Positions 57,419 to 64,000 of a stretch of DNA of 64,000 nucleotides are shown one piece after another. Location: positions 3,928,946 through 3,992,945 of the forward strand of contig OW818698.1 of assembly GCA_942493375.1 (NCBI GenBank), in the 5' to 3' direction. Each line of letters starts with the position of its first letter. Position 1 is the stretch's first letter. This DNA comes from Abditibacteriota bacterium (GTDB lineage Bacteria; Armatimonadota; UBA5829). Position numbers and translations under genes: made by a program. The notes under the pieces were generated by a model. It worked only from the letters and a program-made list of their open reading frames with translations. It ran no database searches and had not been told where the DNA came from.

Positions 57419-57595
57419 CGGGAAGGGAAATTATGAAGGTTGAATTATGAATGATGAAATGGGACTACTGCTCATTCCGTTCGTGCTGAGCATGTGGCAG
57501 CACGAACGGAATGGGCTGAAGAGCAAACGTTGTTTCTATATTCTGATTTTCTCTGTGTCCTCCGCGTCTACGCGTGAGAGAATCCCTTTGCTTGC

Positions 57596-60178
57596 TTATC
57601 GTATCTCCACTATCCCGGCATGGACTCCATTCGATTGATACTCAAAGATGCCACCCGGTTTGGTTGTCAACTGAATGGCAACAAATTCCCCATCACTTCC
57701 AGCAGCTGCGAGTCTGGCTTTTCCTTTGAGTTTTAAGCCCAATTTACTCATGTCCAGCACAATGCTTCCTGATGTTGAGTCACCTGCAAATGCGATATAT
57801 ACCCGATCTTTGCCTTTAAAGACTGAGGCTTGTATGCCACCTGAGACTCTGAGACCCTCATTCTCTCTATAACGTGCTTCATAGAGCAGTGGGTCTACTT
57901 TTCTCTTAAGTGCAACTATTTCATGGATCTTTTTCAGGATATCCGGAATGGCGTTTGCCTGCACGGAATCTACCAGCAGCACAGGTTCTCCAGTAAGTAG
58001 CGCACCTCTTGTTCTCTTTAGAGATTCAATTGCGTCTACGCCCTCATATCCGCCATAAAGACCATAATATGTCGGGAACACATAGCGGAACACCTCGTTT
58101 GTACCGCTTATACTCAGGTTAACCTGCTGCATTAAAACCGGGTTAGGAGTTTCGATACATGTAGCCAGATCCTTGTTCGATCCTACAAATTTCTTGCGGA
58201 CAACCTCAAGGAACTTCGCTGAACCTGTAGTCCATTCTCCGTAATTCTTATGGTGATGTTTGTCTGGGTCAAAATCTATATGACTGGGAACTGCTCCCAA
58301 TTGGTCCATATAGAGCATATCGGGTCGACCCATCATTACAGGCTTTTCCATTATCTGGCAATACCTTTCAGCCCAGACTTCATTGGGATATGGCAGTGCC
58401 ATCGGGTGATGATGAGCATCATGTTCGGAAAACCATGGATCACCTTCGAAGCTGGTCGTTGTCAGGTCTCTGCCCCATAGTTCGTATTCAGATGTCGCAC
58501 GGGAGAGCATAAGGGTATTGGTATAGATGCTGGACCGTCCGCCATTCTGACGCATATCATCGGTAACCTGTCTAAATGAGCGAATTTCTTCATTACTGGG
58601 ATACATTTGCTCAGGATACCAGCACTCAGTTGTCCCGCGGATCCATCCCGCACCGTGGTACCAGGAGATATCTGTTGCTAGTCGGGTCTTTTCAAGCATT
58701 GCTTTGTTGGACTGCAGGGCATTGTCTTCATAAAAACTCATGCCAAGAGTCATCCCGCCGATACTTTTGACCCAGTTTGGCATAGCAGGTGTTTTTGCCC
58801 AGCTATACCACCACGTGGAGAATTTATCAGCTGCCTTGTGCCAGTCACCACCTGCATATGCACCAAAAACCAGACTGGGAGCTTCCCAAACTTGGTTAGT
58901 TAGTATCCTCGGAAACTTTGAGAATACAACAGTTCCGGTTGATCCGGACTTGGCTTCTCGACCATATGTTATTTCTGTATCAAGAGTCTTACGGTCCTCG
59001 AACATCGCGTAGAAAGATGCAGTATCATCCGTCATACACATCCAGTCGAATGCAAAACTGCGGGGACTCATTGCCTTTCTCAAGCCGATTGAGTTCTGGG
59101 GAGAATCAACCGATTGAGCAACGTGCCAGGTGTCATTGGATGTATCTCCATTGATTCCAATTCCGGATGATACCTGCCAGTCAGTTCTCCAGATCGGTGA
59201 TTTTGCAAGGTTGGTGATGTCGGCAGAAACCGCAATCTCGCCGCTTGGTCTTGCCCAGAAGTGTATCCTGGTTTTCAGACTTTTATTGGTACAGTAAAGC
59301 GTAACAGTGTTTTTAGTAGTATTAACATGCTCCACTCGACCGCTGTCCTGAACTGCATTGTCTCTGAAATCGACCTTCAGAAATGCGGATGCCAACTTCG
59401 AGGATGCCAGAACAGTTCTTTTCAGGCCATTTCTCAGTGTAAACTTTCTTATCCCACCATTAACCGGACTAATCTCGCATTCCATCATTTTAGAGATTAG
59501 TTTGATTGACGGGCGTTTTGAGTTGTCTAGTGTCGGATGCGCAGGCGTTCGCCCGGGAGGTGCCCAGTTGCCGGTTCCCGGTCTTTTTGGCGCAGGTGGT
59601 GTTGCAGCTTCCGGGGTCCAGGATGCGGGAGCGATACCAATGGCATCAATCTGTTGGCTGAACATACTGTGTCCCCAGTCATCGACGGTCTTCTTGACTG
59701 AGATTTTCAATGTGTGTGTGCCTGCATTACCATTGAATGTGCCAAGTTTCAGCAGGACGTGCTTGTATTTGTTAGTAAGTGCCAGTGTGCCTGGGATGTC
59801 ATATATGCCGCCTGGAATCTCGACCGGTTTGCCATTATCAACTGACCATTCAAATGGACTCGCCATGACACCATGTCTTCCAAGGAAGTAGACCACATAT
59901 TCGCCGGTTTCAGGCACGTTGAACTTAAATCGGGCGTAGTATTCACCCTCCTTCGGCAACCGCCAAGAGGCTAGATCCAGGACACCACCGTGTATTGGAG
60001 TCCATTCATATATCCAGCTGTGATAGGAAGGCCCTTCTATCCAGTTGTGGTCGGTGCAGTCCTCTCCCTGCATCCAGATCAGGCACTTGGGCGGAGTTTT
60101 GTAGGATATTTCTTCACCAAATGCAGTTCCTGCGATACAAAGTATCATTATAATCAAAGGTAGCAAAAACTTTTTCAT
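57596..60178 (-). CDS. Secreted hypothetical protein (possible carbohydrate-active enzyme)
   Basis: Signal peptide MKKFLLPLIIMILCIAGTAFG. 860 aa. No firm catalytic motif recognised. Confidence 0.4.
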   Translation of the reverse strand: MKKFLLPLIIMILCIAGTAFGEEISYKTPPKCLIWMQGEDCTDHNWIEGPSYHSWIYEWTPIHGGVLDLASWRLPKEGEYYARFKFNVPETGEYVVYFLGRHGVMASPFEWSVDNGKPVEIPGGIYDIPGTLALTNKYKHVLLKLGTFNGNAGTHTLKISVKKTVDDWGHSMFSQQIDAIGIAPASWTPEAATPPAPKRPGTGNWAPPGRTPAHPTLDNSKRPSIKLISKMMECEISPVNGGIRKFTLRNGLKRTVLASSKLASAFLKVDFRDNAVQDSGRVEHVNTTKNTVTLYCTNKSLKTRIHFWARPSGEIAVSADITNLAKSPIWRTDWQVSSGIGINGDTSNDTWHVAQSVDSPQNSIGLRKAMSPRSFAFDWMCMTDDTASFYAMFEDRKTLDTEITYGREAKSGSTGTVVFSKFPRILTNQVWEAPSLVFGAYAGGDWHKAADKFSTWWYSWAKTPAMPNWVKSIGGMTLGMSFYEDNALQSNKAMLEKTRLATDISWYHGAGWIRGTTECWYPEQMYPSNEEIRSFRQVTDDMRQNGGRSSIYTNTLMLSRATSEYELWGRDLTTTSFEGDPWFSEHDAHHHPMALPYPNEVWAERYCQIMEKPVMMGRPDMLYMDQLGAVPSHIDFDPDKHHHKNYGEWTTGSAKFLEVVRKKFVGSNKDLATCIETPNPVLMQQVNLSISGTNEVFRYVFPTYYGLYGGYEGVDAIESLKRTRGALLTGEPVLLVDSVQANAIPDILKKIHEIVALKRKVDPLLYEARYRENEGLRVSGGIQASVFKGKDRVYIAFAGDSTSGSIVLDMSKLGLKLKGKARLAAAGSDGEFVAIQLTTKPGGIFEYQSNGVHAGIVEIR

Positions 60179-60326
60179 ATCGGACCATTACTCCCGTCAC
60201 TCAAACAGATAGTGTCATATGTCGTATCAGAGGATATCAGTGTGGATATTGTTTGTTAATTAATGATGTTTTGTGAATCTCTAAAAAATGATGAAGATTG
60301 CAGTGTTTCTTGCACAATTCGATTAA

Positions 60327-60357
60327 GAGTTCCGGAATATCATTGATTCCGGAACTC
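60327..60357 (-). terminator. 12-bp perfect hairpin terminator downstream of the DUF1559 gene
   Basis: GAGTTCCGGAAT-atcattg-ATTCCGGAACTC with T-rich flanks. Confidence 0.55.
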
Positions 60358-60455
60358 ATTTTCATTTGTCAGCGCAAATCAGATAATCGTTTTTGCATTT
60401 CACTTGAATCTGAGCGGAAATACTCTGATTATATGCTTTGTATTTCAGGCATCTA

Positions 60456-61061
60456 TCACCGTGTAGTTCGCCACAGTGACTTATTGTTGAACGCTTCGAC
60501 TTTCATCCACTTAGCATGTCCATCAATGAATCCGGCAATACATCCTCCACTGTGATACGCGACCATATTGTTAACTGTGTCAGCCCAGCCATGGCAGGAA
60601 TCACATGGAAACAGGAAGCTGCATGCAACATCTCTCTCTGCCATTAAAATAGTTCCGGCGGGATTCTCAACAACTGTTTCCGAAATGCCAAGTAATGATA
60701 CACACATTGCATACACAGTAGGATGTGAACGGCAGGTTCCACCAATGTCAGGTATTGATCTATATGGACCGCTGGGACACAACCAAATATTCCGATTCTT
60801 GGTATATGGTTCAAGCTGAACCACCCCGTCCCATTCTGTTGCTTGTACACTACGCGGCAACCATGACCCCATCATCCCATCATAGTCCTGCATGTACATG
60901 TTGAATGCAGTCATTATCTGTTTGCCATTTGATGTGCAAGCGGACTGTCTTGCCTTTTCCCTTGCCTTTGCAAACACCGGGAAGAGAATAGCTGCCAGTA
61001 TTGCGATAATCGCTATGACAACTAACAACTCAATTAGTGTAAACCCTTTATTTCTTCTCAT
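60456..61061 (-). CDS. Prepilin-type N-terminal cleavage/methylation domain protein of the DUF1559 type (type II secretion pseudopilin-like)
   Basis: '[53 protein letters not shown]' is a class III signal peptide (GFTLIE) followed by the DUF1559-typical region. Strong RBS GGAGG sits 6 nt upstream of the ATG at 61061. The ORF track's 61106 start is an upstream extension. Confidence 0.8.
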   Translation of the reverse strand: MRRNKGFTLIELLVVIAIIAILAAILFPVFAKAREKARQSACTSNGKQIMTAFNMYMQDYDGMMGSWLPRSVQATEWDGVVQLEPYTKNRNIWLCPSGPYRSIPDIGGTCRSHPTVYAMCVSLLGISETVVENPAGTILMAERDVACSFLFPCDSCHGWADTVNNMVAYHSGGCIAGFIDGHAKWMKVEAFNNKSLWRTTR

Positions 61062-61329
61062 TTTGTCCTCCAATTCTAAACTGAACAAATAACAAATTTC
61101 AAACAATACTTACTTTGCAAACAGTTAATCCTTTTTTACTCTGTAATCTCCTTTCTGGAACACTGAGATGATAGTCTGTGTCTTTGTAATATAGACACAA
61201 ACATCTGATTCGTATTCCCATATATATTAAGCCGTTCAGTTATGTAGTTATACTCAAAATGCATTTGCCGTGCCGGCCAAGTCAAATTCACTATAATCAT
61301 GCCTGGGTCTAGCTACGATAATTGCTATT

Positions 61330-62463
61330 TTAAATAATAGAAAGTTCGTTCTCTCTCCTGTTCAATGAATGCTCAGTAACCAACCTTGGCTTCAGTATAT
61401 ACTGCTGCAATTCGCGATTACCATTGCGGCAATCCATTATTATCTGGAGGCTGGTTTGGGCAATTTTGTCCAATGGCTGGATTACCTTTGCATAATTACA
61501 ACTCTCCGGAATACCCAATCTGGGTTCGTCAAATGATGCTAGCCCTATCTGTGAGAAATCTGCATCCATTTCCTGCAATGCAAGAAAAACACCTGTTAGC
61601 AGCGGTGTGTTGGCTGTAAATATCCCCATTGGAGGTTTATGATCTTGTAGAACTGTCTTTGCTGTTTCATATGCCCTGGCTTCCATGGTAGCTACATCAT
61701 GCTCCGGGGAGTTTACTCGTAATATGGTGCTATCCACTGGAAAAGGCCAGTCATTTATAGCATTGGTGTATCCCGAAACCCTGTTCCTGGAGGAGATTGG
61801 ATCATTCTCTACGGCAAAACCCATCATCTTATTAAATCCGGATTTTAACAAATGTGTGGTTGCGCGGTATCCACCTTTTATATTGTCCGTTAGGACGTAA
61901 TTTATATCTAGACCCTCAACATAACGGTCAATTAACACCAGGGGTATTCCAGAATCTCTGATCTTTAGCAAGTATTCCTGATTACGCAATCCACCGAGAT
62001 AGTAAACTATGATACCATCGATATTCTGCTGAACCAGGTCGCAGAGATTCTCACGCTCTCTGTCTTCATTGTCGTTATCAAGACGAAGAATTATGTTAGC
62101 GCCGATGGTCCTGGCACAGTCCTCTATGTGATGCACAAGCAGAGGTGCGATTTCGTATCCAGGACTATACACCTGGTTTCCAAACGGATAGAGGTGCGGC
62201 ATTACCAGGGCTATATTCAAGGTTCTTGTTACCCGTGAGGCAACAAACGTTCCCTTGCCCTGAATCTGATACACATAGCCTTCTGTTTCAAGTTCACCGA
62301 TAGCCTTGTTGGTCGTAGCCCAGCTAACTCCGTAATGACTTATCAATTCTGCGCGGGATGGCAACCGATAATCTTCCTTGAATCGACCACTATCAATAGC
62401 TTCCTTGATATCAGCCTTTATCTGCATATATTTCGGTATTCTAATCTTGGCAGTGGGTTTCAT
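61330..62463 (-). CDS. GntR-family HTH regulator fused to a LacI/periplasmic-binding-protein-like sugar-binding domain
   Basis: N-terminal wHTH 'LPSRAELISHYGVSWATTNKAIGELETEGYVYQIQGKGTFV'. C-terminal type-I PBP fold ('IDGIIVY', 'IPLVLIDR'). Confidence 0.7.
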   Translation of the reverse strand: MKPTAKIRIPKYMQIKADIKEAIDSGRFKEDYRLPSRAELISHYGVSWATTNKAIGELETEGYVYQIQGKGTFVASRVTRTLNIALVMPHLYPFGNQVYSPGYEIAPLLVHHIEDCARTIGANIILRLDNDNEDRERENLCDLVQQNIDGIIVYYLGGLRNQEYLLKIRDSGIPLVLIDRYVEGLDINYVLTDNIKGGYRATTHLLKSGFNKMMGFAVENDPISSRNRVSGYTNAINDWPFPVDSTILRVNSPEHDVATMEARAYETAKTVLQDHKPPMGIFTANTPLLTGVFLALQEMDADFSQIGLASFDEPRLGIPESCNYAKVIQPLDKIAQTSLQIIMDCRNGNRELQQYILKPRLVTEHSLNRRENELSII

Positions 62464-62742
62464 AATTGCTTTCTTCAGGTTGTGGTATTATACGGTTATG
62501 CGCATAACTAATGGTATTCATACTTTACCATGCCAATTTCACGTCGTCAAGCATTCTTTTAACCTGCTAGTAAATGCGTAAAAAAATTCAGAAAGACAAA
62601 GAAATTCATGATGTGGAGCGGCTAACCATGCATATGTATAAGAACCAGAACCGTGATATACCTGTTATTTCCAACTCCATAACTATGATTCATAAATACA
62701 TTCACAGTGATACACCTGTAAACTTGATTGGTATTACGGTAT

Positions 62743-63228
62743 TTAACACTTCTTGCTTCTACGAATCACAAAACCTATATGCACCGCGAGTAGAGTCAGA
62801 GCTGAGTTAAGCGCTCCCAGTGGGATATATATAAACAGTCCTATCGGATTCGGAATCAGACCAGCAATGATACTACAGAAGCATATTGCTACACAGATAA
62901 TCGCACCTAAAATGCAGCCAAATATTGAAGAGAAAAATTGAATTTCAATGGGGTAAAAATAACCGTAGCAGAATCCTGATAACATTACGAGAGCATATGG
63001 CCCTGCAAAACTAATAAGGCTGCCAACTTCGCCCATTGGGCACAGTGCCCACGTAGTAAAGGGTACCAGGAAGATGGGCAGAAATACGGCCAATATACTG
63101 ATTATTACCGGCTTTAGAATATCTTCTGATTTAGGCACTGGTGCCTGTTCGACCAGGGAACATTCACAGTCCACGCAGTATTGGACCTCAGGTTTGTATT
63201 CACTTGAGCAATTCGGGCACCAGGGCAT
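62743..63228 (-). CDS. Zinc-ribbon + multi-TM membrane protein of unknown function
   Basis: 'CPNCSSEYKPEVQYCVDCECSL' is a CxxC...CxxC ribbon. Four hydrophobic helices follow. Confidence 0.4.
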   Translation of the reverse strand: MPWCPNCSSEYKPEVQYCVDCECSLVEQAPVPKSEDILKPVIISILAVFLPIFLVPFTTWALCPMGEVGSLISFAGPYALVMLSGFCYGYFYPIEIQFFSSIFGCILGAIICVAICFCSIIAGLIPNPIGLFIYIPLGALNSALTLLAVHIGFVIRRSKKC

Positions 63229-63248
63229 ATTTATATCCCCTCGCAGAA

Positions 63249-64000
63249 CTACTTTGCCAGTAAATTGAAAATGTCTGTCGAGAACCGCAGGTCGTTTTCA
63301 GTCGTGGCATTTATGAATGCCATTGTTGCATCCTGTGGTAGCTTGCAACTGACTCTGTTCTTACTAATGTCAGTTACCGGTAGCGTATTCCACTTCGATG
63401 TATTGTTGATATCCTTTTCAGTAGTATAGTAAAGGACGAAATCCTTTGTTTTACCTGTGTAAGTGTAGTTAGCGCTCAGAACATTATTACGGACTTTTTG
63501 CTTGCTGAACTCCGGAAGCGCAGGTCCGTTCTTAAGGTAGTAGTCAGCGATTGCACTGATCTCCAATGGAGCTTCCCCCGGACCGCCATGCGCATGCGGC
63601 ATATCTCCCAGGATCGATAGGCTGCGCTTGCCTTTAATCAACCTGTATGATTTATCCAGGGATCTAATCCAGTAAGCTGCATCATTAGTTCCGGCTACCC
63701 AATAGATTGGTGCTTTGACATCGGGAAGATAGACCGATGGATCCCAGAGATTGCACCATTCTTTGCCCTTATCTCCCTGTTCCTTAATCCTGTCTATCCA
63801 GGCAGAAGCCTCAGAAAGGTATCCGCAACCGTATATCGGTATTACACATTTGAACCTCTGATCAAGACCAGCTGTTATGCATGTCAGGAACCCGCCCCAC
63901 GAAACTCCGGTGATTCCTGTTCTGTCAGGATCGACATCAGGCAATGACCTTAGCAGTGAATGTGCAAGGATGACTGAACTAACAGCCTGGTAGGTCCATT
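63249..64000 (-). CDS. Alpha/beta-hydrolase (esterase/peptidase S9-like), 5'-partial; N-terminus lies beyond the window end
   Basis: Nucleophile elbow 'GITGVSWGG' (GxSxG). The reading frame stays open to position 64000. Confidence 0.6.
   Translation of the reverse strand, partial: WTYQAVSSVILAHSLLRSLPDVDPDRTGITGVSWGGFLTCITAGLDQRFKCVIPIYGCGYLSEASAWIDRIKEQGDKGKEWCNLWDPSVYLPDVKAPIYWVAGTNDAAYWIRSLDKSYRLIKGKRSLSILGDMPHAHGGPGEAPLEISAIADYYLKNGPALPEFSKQKVRNNVLSANYTYTGKTKDFVLYYTTEKDINNTSKWNTLPVTDISKNRVSCKLPQDATMAFINATTENDLRFSTDIFNLLAK

Noticed and set aside
1-64000. CRISPR arrays, rRNA/tRNA genes, and transposase/integrase genes
   Set aside because: No short direct repeats with regular spacing were seen. 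There is no tRNA-like cloverleaf in the intergenic regions inspected. No ORF has a DDE/tyrosine-recombinase signature. The long palindromes are single inverted repeats, not arrays.

Overview
This 64 kb window is densely coding and looks like chromosomal DNA from a diderm bacterium. There is no CRISPR array, rRNA, or obvious transposase/integrase. One intergenic GC-rich region (33190-33311) folds into four consecutive stable hairpins and is a candidate small structured RNA or terminator array. Lineage-suggestive traits are a DUF1559-type prepilin protein, several uroporphyrinogen-decarboxylase-like (URO-D) paralogues, large secreted glycoside hydrolases with CBM9-like domains, and a polytopic spermidine-synthase-like protein. 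These sit beside Firmicutes-like synteny: prkC-rpe and ribD-ribE-ribBA-ribH.

From left to right the window contains:
(1) A type IV pilus alignment/secretin operon, pilM(partial)-pilN-pilO-pilP-[extra STN-domain protein]-pilQ, followed by aroB. PilN, PilO and PilP all carry unusual Met/Gly/Pro-rich 'GMPG...PGAK' low-complexity tails.
(2) An atypical PASTA Ser/Thr kinase followed by rpe.
(3) A riboflavin operon translationally coupled to an HtrA protease and a metallophosphoesterase.
(4) Three URO-D-family paralogues flanking a roughly 1080 aa Wza-like polysaccharide exporter with multiple SLBB domains.
(5) A giant secreted protein with a CBM9-like domain, then a convergently transcribed leuB-like dehydrogenase.
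(6) A membrane-stress-like module: a PspA/IM30-like coiled-coil protein followed by two tandem NfeD-flotillin (SPFH) pairs. The first flotillin copy is truncated. The two NfeD paralogues carry an Asp/Gly-rich versus a His/Gly-rich loop.
(7) A fused membrane spermidine-synthase-like protein, an FAD-linked oxidase, a 1309 aa glycoside hydrolase, and a beta-helix lipoprotein.
(8) iorAB, convergently transcribed 2-oxoacid dehydrogenase E1 alpha/beta, and pterin-4a-carbinolamine dehydratase.
(9) An aldose epimerase, another large GH/CBM9-like protein, a HAD hydrolase, PFK, an SDR, a possible sugar epimerase, a secreted 860 aa protein, a DUF1559 pseudopilin, a GntR/LacI-like regulator, and a partial alpha/beta hydrolase.

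Intergenic regions repeatedly contain long perfect or near-perfect inverted repeats with arms up to 37 bp. Some of these lack a U-tract.
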